DNA from: a virus
Lineage: Duplodnaviria; Caudoviricetes
Length of the DNA: 31,968 nucleotides
Virus record (IMG/VR): IMGVR_UViG_3300001866_000029
Coordinates: 1 to 31,968 of that record
Reading direction: 5' to 3' (one strand)
Under the pieces are notes generated by a model. That model was not told the origin of the DNA. It saw nothing but the letters and a program-made list of their open reading frames with translations, and made no database searches. The position numbers were made by a program, and so were the translations under genes. Shown here one piece after another: positions 1 to 7,994 of the stretch (the stretch's first letter is position 1; every line of letters starts with the position of its first letter).

Positions 1-51
1 GTCTATACGCAAAGGCTGTAGAGATTCGCGGGTACCCCCATACGTTGCGGT

Positions 52-414
52 TTAGTACGCTTTGTCGCATCCATAGCCTCCATCCTCTCGTATCGTCTTG
101 CGCGAATGCTCTGCGCGTAGCCTGGGATACAGCGTATACCGTAGATGATCCGGCTCTATCGCTGGATTGTATCGCGGTAGGTGGTCTACGTCGTACAATG
201 GCCATTGATCTTGAGGTATACCGGACTGAGCCAGTACACGCATTCTGATCTTGCGCCATGAAGCACCGTAGCCACGCCGTGCCGCACTAACCCGGTAATC
301 GTCAGCCCTGCGCTCTGGTCGTAACGCCGCGTGTTTGTCGCAGTATCCTGAGACATCAAGCGTTAAGCCTGGGCAGCTAGGAACCTTGCACGGTTTGGCC
401 GGTCTGTTTGGCAT
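52..414 (-). CDS. Packaging-associated HNH endonuclease (HK97 gp74-like), lacking the core CxxC pairs
   Basis: MPNRPAKPC..PSC..YCDKH, SAARRGYG..W, DVDH and HSRKT.REDGG motifs; adjacent to terS across the junction; start moved to ATG 414 after a purine-rich RBS. Confidence 0.8.
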   Translation of the reverse strand: MPNRPAKPCKVPSCPGLTLDVSGYCDKHAALRPERRADDYRVSAARRGYGASWRKIRMRVLAQSGIPQDQWPLYDVDHLPRYNPAIEPDHLRYTLYPRLRAEHSRKTIREDGGYGCDKAY

Positions 415-643
415 CCCTTCCCTCACAATTAAGTATCAGTCCACAATCCCTGCAAGCAAGGCAAGTAGCACAATCGGTTACCGTGCCGTATTGCTCACAT
501 CGTGATCGCTCTGGTAATGGTTCTGGAAGATCGGTGCAGTCTTTAATGTCGTGACCGTCGCACCATTTATGACACAATTTCGGTGTCCTTGGGAGGACTA
601 CCATGCCTGAGCGAGTGACATGTAGTCCCTGCCAGTTTGCCAT
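377..643 (-). CDS. Cys-rich hypothetical protein (possible Zn-binding)
   Basis: Several CxxC motifs; ATG at 643 directly downstream of a promoter. Confidence 0.6.
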   Translation of the reverse strand: MANWQGLHVTRSGMVVLPRTPKLCHKWCDGHDIKDCTDLPEPLPERSRCEQYGTVTDCATCLACRDCGLILNCEGRDAKQTGQTVQGS

Positions 644-651
644 ACACAATA

Positions 652-680
652 AGTATAACCGATAATGCGGTAAAACGCAA
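652..680 (-). promoter_or_regulatory. Sigma70-type promoter TTGCGT-N17-TATACT, candidate late promoter
   Basis: Intergenic, 17-bp spacer, faces the HNH gene and (across the junction) the terminase operon. Confidence 0.7.
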
Positions 681-682
681 TG

Positions 683-1057
683 CTATTCCGTCGCCTCGCG
701 AATCAGCGCGTCGAGTTCGTATATAGTTTTGCCTATCGCTGGCTTATTTAGCCCCAATTTTACCGCATTATCTACGGCTCTATTTCGAGCATCGATTGCT
801 TCCTTGATCCACGGCAATGCCTTCTCTATCCAAACAGCCATATCGGGAGCGGCGGTAATAAGGTCTATATCTGCTTGACGCTCGGCCTGTTCCTGAGCAT
901 ATCTTTCTTCTTGGTTTGGATATTGGGCAATGTCGTGCATAAAGCAAACGAATCCTTGCTTTGTCCTTATGCCAATTCCGGGCCGTAGTGTTTCTTGTTT
1001 ATACCACGGCCCCGGTGTCGCCTTCCCCCTCGCCTCAATAGCGGTCTTTATGCTCAT
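683..1057 (-). CDS. Phage protein with Ead/Ea22-like ATPGPW motif
   Basis: KATPGPW...ADIDLITAAPDM signature; RBS AAGGAGG. Confidence 0.7.
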   Translation of the reverse strand: MSIKTAIEARGKATPGPWYKQETLRPGIGIRTKQGFVCFMHDIAQYPNQEERYAQEQAERQADIDLITAAPDMAVWIEKALPWIKEAIDARNRAVDNAVKLGLNKPAIGKTIYELDALIREATE

Positions 1058-1221
1058 AGAGTAGCCTCCTTGTCGGTTCTTCTGGTAAAATATTCCTCGG
1101 TGTTCAGGTTTCTGTTCATGCCGCGCTCACACTTGTCGGCATTGGTTTCGCTATATCCAGTAATATCGACCTCATGCACTACTTCACCGGTAGCAAATTT
1201 CACTACTTCGACAACCTTCAT
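1054..1221 (-). CDS. Hypothetical protein, 55 aa (MKVVEVVKFATGEVVHEVDI...), not in the ORF track
   Basis: ATGA overlaps with both neighbours; fills the gap exactly. Confidence 0.75.
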   Translation of the reverse strand: MKVVEVVKFATGEVVHEVDITGYSETNADKCERGMNRNLNTEEYFTRRTDKEATL

Positions 1222-1964
1222 CCTCTCACCCCTTCGCGCACATGGCGCTGTGAAAACGTTTTCCGATAGTCGTCGCCCTTGAAGTGTAGCACTAGGCCAT
1301 CTTCTGAGAGCCGCGACATGACATCCTCGCCTATGTAGTTATCAAAGCAGTTCGGGCAGCCTTGCTCCGGGCAGTTCTTTTTCAGATGCTTGTTGCTGAT
1401 TAGGATAGTGGGCAAGTTCCGAACGTGCCGCTTGTCGATGATGTACGACAGCCAGTCAAGCTCCGCGCCTGAACCCTTCGTCCTGCCTATCTCGTCGATA
1501 ACTAGCAGGGGAGTCCGGGCAAGCTCGTCCACTACCGCGAGCTCATCCTCTTTCGCTTTCTGCGTGTAGGTGGATCTTATGCGGGTGGATATCTCGTACA
1601 TGGAGAAGATTTTACCGCGAAGCTCTTTCACGGCGGCGACCGCAAGATGCGTCTTGCCGGTTCCATTGATGCCAATTAGAACCAGTTCCCGAATCTTCCC
1701 GGCGATAAGGTCTTGCACCTTTAAGATGTTTCTCATTTGTTCGGGAGTTGTTGGAGTGAACGATGCAATGGTTGCGTTATAGTATTCCGGCTCTATGTTC
1801 ATTGATCGCAAGGCTTCCGCGTCCGCGTCCTTCCGCGCCTCTTGTCGCTGTATATCATTCCGCAATTCTTGTTCCGCTGTGCATTGCGGACAGTTTGCAA
1901 AGAACCTGGAACCTAGAATCTGATTCTCGTACTCGATGTTGTGTATATGGCATCGTACTAACAT
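1218..1964 (-). CDS. DnaC/IstB-like AAA+ helicase loader
   Basis: N-terminal CxxH/CxxC, Walker A GINGTGKT, Walker B LLVIDE, PTILISN; follows the replication initiator. Confidence 0.9.
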   Translation of the reverse strand: MLVRCHIHNIEYENQILGSRFFANCPQCTAEQELRNDIQRQEARKDADAEALRSMNIEPEYYNATIASFTPTTPEQMRNILKVQDLIAGKIRELVLIGINGTGKTHLAVAAVKELRGKIFSMYEISTRIRSTYTQKAKEDELAVVDELARTPLLVIDEIGRTKGSGAELDWLSYIIDKRHVRNLPTILISNKHLKKNCPEQGCPNCFDNYIGEDVMSRLSEDGLVLHFKGDDYRKTFSQRHVREGVRG

Positions 1965-1966
1965 TT

Positions 1967-2791
1967 TCAGCCCTCCCTCATATCAAGCATTGCGCCACTT
2001 GGCTTCTTGGCCTTCCCGCCGTTAAACTCGTTTTTCTCCCAGGTACGCACAGCCGCCTTCCAGTCGATCATGGGATTCTTCCCCACCTTCCAGCCGTTAG
2101 CCTCATAGTGGGATAGCCAAGAGCCAGGGTCTATGCCGCGTCCGCGTTCCTTGCAGTATGCTTCCACTTCCTCAAAGGTAGGTTTTATAAACTGCTTTCG
2201 GTGAGTGGTAGCCGCTTGCGGCGCTCCCATATTACTAACCTTATCTATACTAACCTTATCTATACTAACCTTATCTATACTAGCCGGAGTTTTCCGGAAA
2301 CTTCCGGAGTTTTCCGGAAAAGTACTTATACCATCCGGAATACTCTCGATGTTTTCCTGAAATGGATACTCAGGAATTAGCGTCTCTTTGTTGCCTTCTT
2401 GATTTTTGTAGTAGGTAGTGAACGTTTTAACCCAGGCCGCAAGATAGTCAGGGTATTGCTGGACTATGCTTCTAGGAGGGCGCTTATTCTTAGACTTTGT
2501 TGCATGGGAAAGGGTTTGATGCTTGTACCACGCCGGGATGAATCCATAGCCGTCGCCATACATGACAACCATGTCTTGAGCGATTATTTCCCGCATGGCG
2601 GTTTCAATCTTTGGTGAAGTAATGCCCTTCCTGGCTATTTCGTAGAACCACGCATCGGGATCGTATATGAATATCCCCTCATCGTCGGCCATAGATATAA
2701 TGGCAATCCATAATATAAAGGCTTCGTTGGAAAGCTTTATAACCTTCCTATCGCGCCATATCTCGGAATCAAGCATCCTCTTTCTAGCCAT
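1967..2791 (-). CDS. Phage replication initiator / replisome organiser
   Basis: N-terminal MARKRM..EIW.D...ADDEG; C-terminal FIKPTFEEVEAYC...NGWKVGKNPM.DWKAAVRTWE; internal repeats; upstream of the DnaC-like gene. Confidence 0.85.
   Translation of the reverse strand: MARKRMLDSEIWRDRKVIKLSNEAFILWIAIISMADDEGIFIYDPDAWFYEIARKGITSPKIETAMREIIAQDMVVMYGDGYGFIPAWYKHQTLSHATKSKNKRPPRSIVQQYPDYLAAWVKTFTTYYKNQEGNKETLIPEYPFQENIESIPDGISTFPENSGSFRKTPASIDKVSIDKVSIDKVSNMGAPQAATTHRKQFIKPTFEEVEAYCKERGRGIDPGSWLSHYEANGWKVGKNPMIDWKAAVRTWEKNEFNGGKAKKPSGAMLDMREG
2233..2340. repeat. Probable replication origin: three 15-bp tandem repeats plus phased TCCGGA iterons
   Basis: TACTAACCTTATCTA at 2233, 2248 and 2263; CCGGAGTTTTCCGGAAA at 2284 and 2304; a further TCCGGA at 2334. 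Confidence 0.8.
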
Positions 2792-3023
2792 TATTGCGCC
2801 CCGCTATTTCGCGCAGCAGGATACCCAGGACATAATCATTCGGCTTTACACCTGGCGGGATATGTAGCCTCTCGATAATGTCTTTCGGCCACGCAAAGGA
2901 ATAAAACCTTTTCCCCTCAAGGGCGAGTAGTTGGGAGGCTGTAGGCTTCTTTTCTTTCTTTGGTGGATCTGGCAGTATTGGTTTCTTGAGCCTTACGACA
3001 ATTTTTCTCTTTGGCTGTTCCAT
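2784..3023 (-). CDS. Small basic hypothetical protein, possible ribbon-helix-helix regulator
   Basis: Lys-rich N-terminus; C-terminal strand-helix-helix-like pattern; overlaps the initiator start. Confidence 0.6.
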   Translation of the reverse strand: MEQPKRKIVVRLKKPILPDPPKKEKKPTASQLLALEGKRFYSFAWPKDIIERLHIPPGVKPNDYVLGILLREIAGRNNG

Positions 3024-3041
3024 GTAGCCGCCTAAATAAAA

Positions 3042-3106
3042 AGCGCTTCCGGAATCTCCCTAGCGGGGTTAGACACGTAGACGCGTGCCTAGATTCCGAA
3101 AACGCT
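3042..3106 (-). ncRNA. Three-way-junction structured RNA in the leader of the replication operon
   Basis: 16-bp closing stem fully paired on the minus strand (two G-U), inner 7-bp and 3-bp hairpins, followed by a U-rich tract. Confidence 0.6.
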
Positions 3107-3169
3107 CTCAAAGGATTGCCCCGTCTATGGCGCATTGTCAAGAGCCGCTAGCACCTTGACATGTTCATT

Positions 3170-3481
3170 TTACAACAGATATTGAAATAGAGCAAGCATT
3201 ATTTTCATTATTCGACCGTGCGCCATATCTTGCATCCCGCGAGCGTCCGCAGCTTTGCCCGGTACGCGGCCTTGAGTACGCAAGGGGTCTACCCCTAGGC
3301 GCTTTGCCATTTGCTTTGCTTGTTGCGTCCGGTAGACAGCGCCGTTTATCTCCGCGCAGTAGAAGTATTTGGCATCCTGCATATTCCCTGCACGGCCTAA
3401 TTCTTTATACAGTGACCAGGAAACCCTTATATGTGGTGCAACCGGGCTATCGTCCCAGCAAGGAGCAATACAGATGTCCAT
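3170..3481 (-). CDS. Hypothetical protein
   Basis: TGATG-coupled to the SSB stop; no recognisable motif. Confidence 0.55.
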   Translation of the reverse strand: MDICIAPCWDDSPVAPHIRVSWSLYKELGRAGNMQDAKYFYCAEINGAVYRTQQAKQMAKRLGVDPLRTQGRVPGKAADARGMQDMAHGRIMKIMLALFQYLL

Positions 3482-3762
3482 CAAAATGGAATATCGTCGC
3501 TAAAGTCATCGGCGCTCTGTGCTGGCCTGTTCATAGTCTCTGCCACCTGCGTGACGTGGTTCGGCCTGTCGCCCTGTTCCCTGGGTGCCTCGCGCTCGAT
3601 GTAGTAGTCAGGCGTGGATTCCCCAGGCTCTTTCCACTTGTTTTTCCACACGACAATGGCGATTTTCTCGCCGCCTATCGTGATGCTGCCCTTCGCAAAC
3701 GGCGCTTTCGGGTTTTCGGACTTTGGGAACCATAACGCGCCGATCTGATTTTCTTTAGCCAT
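3481..3762 (-). CDS. Single-stranded DNA-binding protein (short phage type)
   Basis: Beta-rich N-terminus, acidic C-terminal tail DDFSDDIPF; RBS GAGAGG. Confidence 0.75.
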   Translation of the reverse strand: MAKENQIGALWFPKSENPKAPFAKGSITIGGEKIAIVVWKNKWKEPGESTPDYYIEREAPREQGDRPNHVTQVAETMNRPAQSADDFSDDIPF

Positions 3763-3816
3763 TATATAGCCTCTCTTTATTGCTTAGAATTGCCGTGTCT
3801 ACAAAACGTCTACAGG

Positions 3817-4155
3817 TTATGCCATTTCGTTTATCACCTCGTCCCAATCCTCAAACATGTCAAACAGATCGGTCTCTGCCTGCAGTTGGTTGCTGTCCGG
3901 CGTGTAGTTGCGAAGCCGGTTCCCTGCGGTGATAAGGCGGGATATGCGGGATTCTGCGGCGGTGAGTTGTTCCTGTAAGCTATTTGCCGCCATATTTGCC
4001 ACTATTCTGCGTGACTCCATATCATCCCGCTATTGCTCGGCTTCCGTGAGGGCGGAGAGAAGTACGACGCCGTACTGTTCGGGTAATGATCGGTCTGCTA
4101 CAGGTATTGCCGCCTTGAGAGCATAAAACGCTTTCGCCTCGTCCAGGTCACTCAT
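3817..4155 (-). CDS. Coiled-coil hypothetical protein interrupted by an in-frame TAG (4030-4032), or two in-frame ORFs (4030-4155 and 3817-4020)
   Basis: ATG 4155 is ATGA-coupled to the upstream gene and in frame with ORF 3817-4020; reads ...TEAEQ*RDDMESRR... Confidence 0.55.
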
Positions 4156-4682
4156 GTTGCTTCTCCTTCGATTGCGGGCGGTAGGGGAAGATGACAGGCG
4201 ATATCAAGGGCATCCAGTTGTTTTGCAATTTTTTTCAGCCAATTTGATTTACCTGCTGCCGAAGACGTATGCTTTAGCTTGTCACCTTGCTCGATTTCAT
4301 ACGCAAGAGCATTGGCGCTCCCTGCACTAATTGCGGGATAAGGAATTGCCGCTTTTACGGCTTCGATTATCGCACGCTGTTTCTCAACCTGTGCGCGGAG
4401 TTGTTCGTTGTCTCGCTCGAATTTGGCAAGATCAAGGCAAGTGCGGTTATGAGCATCGTCTTTTTGGAGCATCCACGCATTCAGAGAGCGCACTAAATCA
4501 CCGTCTGTCTGGTGCTGGTCGCCTATGAGCTTTTTAGCGGCTTCAACCTGTGCGCGGAGGGCGATTACCTCGTCGCGGAGGTCTTTGAGTTTGGTTTGGG
4601 ATACGAGCACCATTCCGGTTGATTTGGTTTCTATTGGGATAACCACATCATCATCGGCTTCGATTCGTTCTTCTCGTGTCAC
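4152..4682 (-). CDS. Coiled-coil hypothetical protein
   Basis: GTGA-coupled start, RBS GGAGG, repeated LRAQVE. Confidence 0.7.
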   Translation of the reverse strand: MTREERIEADDDVVIPIETKSTGMVLVSQTKLKDLRDEVIALRAQVEAAKKLIGDQHQTDGDLVRSLNAWMLQKDDAHNRTCLDLAKFERDNEQLRAQVEKQRAIIEAVKAAIPYPAISAGSANALAYEIEQGDKLKHTSSAAGKSNWLKKIAKQLDALDIACHLPLPPAIEGEAT

Positions 4683-4963
4683 TTTGTGGCCTCCAGTGCG
4701 GAGAGTTCATCTTTTGCCTTTTGCAAGTCTTTTCGCATTTCAGCGACAATGGCTTCTTCACGGTCTAACCGCCACGCTATTTGGCCGATGCGTTCACGCG
4801 CCTCTATAATCTCGTCACGAGGATCGGGCTTGTCGGAGGGCAGAACAGCAGTGAGCTTGTCGCGGAGTTCTATAGCGGCGGCTTCGGTGAGGTAGTTGCT
4901 ATAGGTATTAAGCGTGAGCTTTACCGAAAACCCCTGCCTATCATCACGTTTTACTTCGATCAT
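4679..4963 (-). CDS. Hypothetical protein
   Basis: Four-base overlaps at both ends. Confidence 0.7.
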   Translation of the reverse strand: MIEVKRDDRQGFSVKLTLNTYSNYLTEAAAIELRDKLTAVLPSDKPDPRDEIIEARERIGQIAWRLDREEAIVAEMRKDLQKAKDELSALEATK

Positions 4964-5223
4964 CCTTGTTCTCCTTCGGGCTGGCCCTGCGTGATGGCGA
5001 GGTGAAGCCCTTGTTCGGTAATTTCAGCCTCACCATCAAAATCTTTGTATCTGCACATTTTAAGATATTCCACCGCCCTCTCCGCGCACCGTGCCGCCTC
5101 GTCCTGCTGGATGGCTAGGTCGCGGGAGGTGACCATTTTTACAAGCTGTTCTATTGAGTTTGCAGCCACATGAAATGGCGGTGTAGCAATCCATTTATCA
5201 ATAAATTCTCTTGCGCTTTCCAT
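4960..5223 (-). CDS. Hypothetical protein
   Basis: RBS AAGGAG; tight packing with neighbours. Confidence 0.7.
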   Translation of the reverse strand: MESAREFIDKWIATPPFHVAANSIEQLVKMVTSRDLAIQQDEAARCAERAVEYLKMCRYKDFDGEAEITEQGLHLAITQGQPEGEQG

Positions 5224-5225
5224 AC

Positions 5226-5480
5226 CTACTCCTTGCCTATCACGGCTTCCGCGCTCTTACGATCCGGCGCGATTATCGAATGTTGCCGCCCGTCCTGCTC
5301 GTATATCACCCGCCACGGCCCACCAGGGAACACGCGCCCGGAGTAAATCAGCCGCACGTCGCCGGGCAGATTAAAGCGCAGCACGGATAGCACGGCAAAT
5401 AGGATGCCGAAGATTAATATGGTCAGTAATAAGACCGACGCTGCATCCGCCGCCCAAAAGCGATCTGCGTTCCTACGCAT
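5226..5480 (-). CDS. Small membrane protein
   Basis: One hydrophobic segment (ASVLLLTILIFGILFAVLSVL); start chosen at ATG 5480. Confidence 0.65.
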   Translation of the reverse strand: MRRNADRFWAADAASVLLLTILIFGILFAVLSVLRFNLPGDVRLIYSGRVFPGGPWRVIYEQDGRQHSIIAPDRKSAEAVIGKE

Positions 5481-5910
5481 GAGGCCAATCCTTTCTAGCA
5501 ACGCCAGCCGCAACGAATGGGATTGTTTTCGGTGCTTCCTTCATCTCCATCAGCGGCATTGACCCATCGGGCGCGATAAGTGATTTGTCCCAAGGGCAGT
5601 CGGGAAAGGTGAACTTGCTTTCGTCGAGAAACAAGTCTCTATTGAGCTGGCCCCGCGCAAGGCTTTGCGGATGCCATTGTATCGATCTTTTCGTAGGCTT
5701 CTCTTTGTACTCAGCCCACTGTCCATATTGAGTATTGTATGGAATTGAATCCTTCGCCGCCCATACTCGATGCTCCCGGCAGTAGTCGCGGATGTCCTGC
5801 TTTGCGGGTTTGGGGGTAATGCGCTCTAGCACTACCGTAGTGCCCTTATCGTTTACGGATGTTGCCACAACTTCAAACTGCTCGCCCATGTACATTACTT
5901 TGTCTCTCAT
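5473..5910 (-). CDS. Hypothetical protein
   Basis: Start ATG 5910 with RBS AAGGAG and ATGA coupling. Confidence 0.7.
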   Translation of the reverse strand: MRDKVMYMGEQFEVVATSVNDKGTTVVLERITPKPAKQDIRDYCREHRVWAAKDSIPYNTQYGQWAEYKEKPTKRSIQWHPQSLARGQLNRDLFLDESKFTFPDCPWDKSLIAPDGSMPLMEMKEAPKTIPFVAAGVARKDWPHA

Positions 5911-6203
5911 AGTGTCTCCTTGATTTTTGCTACCAGCGCCGCAATCTCTAGCGGCCTGTTGCGGATATCGACTTTCCCGTTGCATCTAAGGCAACAGGTC
6001 AACGCCATGTTCAGCGGTGAATGGATAACCTCAGCGCCGTACTTGCGAATCCATCGCTTGCCTTGCGGTATTTTGTGCCCAAGCTGTGCCGTGCCGTACC
6101 TGTTCACCGATTCGCCACATCCAGCACATAGGCCGGCCTGGTTCAGGAACGCCGTAAAGTGCGCGTTGCGGATTGCCTCGGTACGCTGTTCTGATTTGCT
6201 CAT
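5907..6203 (-). CDS. HNH-fold nuclease, NinG/Rap-like
   Basis: CAGC...QLGHKIP...LNMALTCCLRCN pattern; next to the NinB-like gene. Confidence 0.7.
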   Translation of the reverse strand: MSKSEQRTEAIRNAHFTAFLNQAGLCAGCGESVNRYGTAQLGHKIPQGKRWIRKYGAEVIHSPLNMALTCCLRCNGKVDIRNRPLEIAALVAKIKETL

Positions 6204-6646
6204 TCTTCTATCAACCTTATGCCGAGTTCGGCGGCGAGCTCGTGCGTTTCTTCGATGCACCATGAGCATTGCTCGGTCGTCATCTGCGTTTCAGATATCG
6301 GCAACGGTTCAAGGTCGGCCAGGGAGTACAGGATATCGCCATTCGGTTTCGTAGCGAAGGGTAGCCCTCGCTTAAATGCACGGCGCTTGACATACAATTT
6401 TACATCGTCAAAGTCATTCCCGGTGTCATTGCATATCTGCTGGATATGCCCATTTAGGTGATGGCTCTGGCTGAACGGCCCGGTAGATCGGCGCTTGCTA
6501 TGCGTTGAGAGTTCAACGTCGAGCGTGTCCGGGCTTTTTTTCACAAGCTCCCGATATGCGGCCTCATAAAATCTCGGAACTTCGAACGATACAATTTGAG
6601 AAGTGCCGGTCTTTATGCGCTTGAGATTGGGGAGCTTGAGTTTCAT
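6200..6646 (-). CDS. NinB/Orf-like recombination accessory protein
   Basis: KRRST..SQ..HLNGHIQQI...FDDVK...SETQMTTEQCS..IE pattern; downstream of the recombinase. Confidence 0.6.
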   Translation of the reverse strand: MKLKLPNLKRIKTGTSQIVSFEVPRFYEAAYRELVKKSPDTLDVELSTHSKRRSTGPFSQSHHLNGHIQQICNDTGNDFDDVKLYVKRRAFKRGLPFATKPNGDILYSLADLEPLPISETQMTTEQCSWCIEETHELAAELGIRLIEE

Positions 6647-7506
6647 GCTTTGCCTTCCCACACATCGCCGGGGATTTCGGGAACTTGCGGGGTCAACGCT
6701 CTTTGCCTTTCCACAAGCTCGGCCACTACGCCCGCATAGTCGCACTTTGACGGGTCAGGCTTGCCGTTCACGATCTTTGCACCGTGAGCGCATAGCAGGG
6801 CGACATATACGTCATCCGGCATCTTGAGTGCGGCCTGGATATCCCTAGCGCGTTGCCGTAAACTTTCCTGAGAGGGTGAGCCTATGGGATTCTCGGCGGA
6901 GAGGGTTTTGGCCGGTTCGATGATCGTTGTCTGCCCTTCGGCCTTTTTGCTATCCTCGGGGTTTATAACTTCCATTTCCGGCTTCAGTGATTCCGGACTC
7001 ATGTCCTCAATTTCTTCTTTCGTGTACGTTCCCGAACATACGCCGGGGAATACCGTCCGAACGCCCTCGGAGATACAGCGAGCGCGAAGCATGGCGCGGG
7101 GGTAGTTTTTCCAGTTGTCCTTATCGGTAAGCGCCTGTAGGCCGTCGCGGGTCTGCTGAACGATCTTGCTTGCCTTGTCGATAGTCCAATCGATTGTTAC
7201 CGTCCCGCCCTGGGCATGGGTGAATTTTCCAATAACCTTGGAATCGGTATACGCTACCCATTCCACAGTTCCACCGGCCTGCTGGAATCTGGCAAGTACC
7301 GCGTCGGCTTTGAGCGATGGGCGATTCTGGATGATGTGATAATCCCTTGCGGCTTCGTAGGGATTGCGCCCCTCGGCCTGGGCAACAAGCATCAAAGCCA
7401 TAGCCTGATCGATTGTCTTGACTCCGAATAGCCCGGACTTCGCGATAAACCCGGCAGCTCTTTCCATGTCCGGCATTGTGATAAGCGCGTTTTCCATTCT
7501 GTTCAC
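6643..7506 (-). CDS. RecT/Redbeta-like single-strand annealing recombinase
   Basis: A..IAKSGLFG...HIIQNRPSL...NWKNYPRAMLRAR.IS...R..FP...G.YT.EE motifs. Confidence 0.8.
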   Translation of the reverse strand: MNRMENALITMPDMERAAGFIAKSGLFGVKTIDQAMALMLVAQAEGRNPYEAARDYHIIQNRPSLKADAVLARFQQAGGTVEWVAYTDSKVIGKFTHAQGGTVTIDWTIDKASKIVQQTRDGLQALTDKDNWKNYPRAMLRARCISEGVRTVFPGVCSGTYTKEEIEDMSPESLKPEMEVINPEDSKKAEGQTTIIEPAKTLSAENPIGSPSQESLRQRARDIQAALKMPDDVYVALLCAHGAKIVNGKPDPSKCDYAGVVAELVERQRALTPQVPEIPGDVWEGKA

Positions 7507-7994
7507 CTTATTTCCAGGCGCTCGCCGCGTGTTATTTCAACACCGGGTACTGTCTGGCCTTCTTTGATTGCGTCCTTTATCGCCTGCTTGCTCAGGATCG
7601 GAGCCTGATCGATAAAGAACTCCCTGGGAACGATTGATTCATCAAGTACCAGGATCGCCGGAGGATTAGCCTTGAATTTGGCCGTAAAGATACCGGCCTT
7701 CACATCGCGCTTTCCGGTCAATACCATCATGGCTTCGATGTACCCGGTAAGGTTTTCGGCTTTGCGGTTCAATGCTTGCCGTCTTTCCGCAAGGCGTTTT
7801 TCTTCCTCGCGTATCGATGATGCGTCGGCCTCAAGGTTGCGGATGAAGCGGATCACGTTTTCAACCTTCTCTGTAAATTCCCCGTCCATCGAATCCAGGG
7901 CGTTGACCAATGCTGCGCGTTCGTCCTCGTTTGTCGCGTCCATGCCTAGGACTTCCCTGTACCGTTCTGCAATTTCGTACAATGTTTCGCTCAT
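7503..7994 (-). CDS. Siphovirus Gp157 family protein
   Basis: TLYEIA...EKVEN...IRNLEADA..I.EE.KRL.ER...NPP.....DES.VP.EF...IK.AIK.G..VPG signature. Confidence 0.9.
   Translation of the reverse strand: MSETLYEIAERYREVLGMDATNEDERAALVNALDSMDGEFTEKVENVIRFIRNLEADASSIREEEKRLAERRQALNRKAENLTGYIEAMMVLTGKRDVKAGIFTAKFKANPPAILVLDESIVPREFFIDQAPILSKQAIKDAIKEGQTVPGVEITRGERLEIR

Noticed and set aside
2233-2320. CRISPR-like array
   Set aside because: The repeats are tandem with no unique spacers and lie in frame within the initiator gene, consistent with iterons.
2917-3141. 74-aa ORF across the replication leader
   Set aside because: It starts at the TTG of a -35-like hexamer, has no RBS, and overlaps both the structured RNA and the 79-aa gene.
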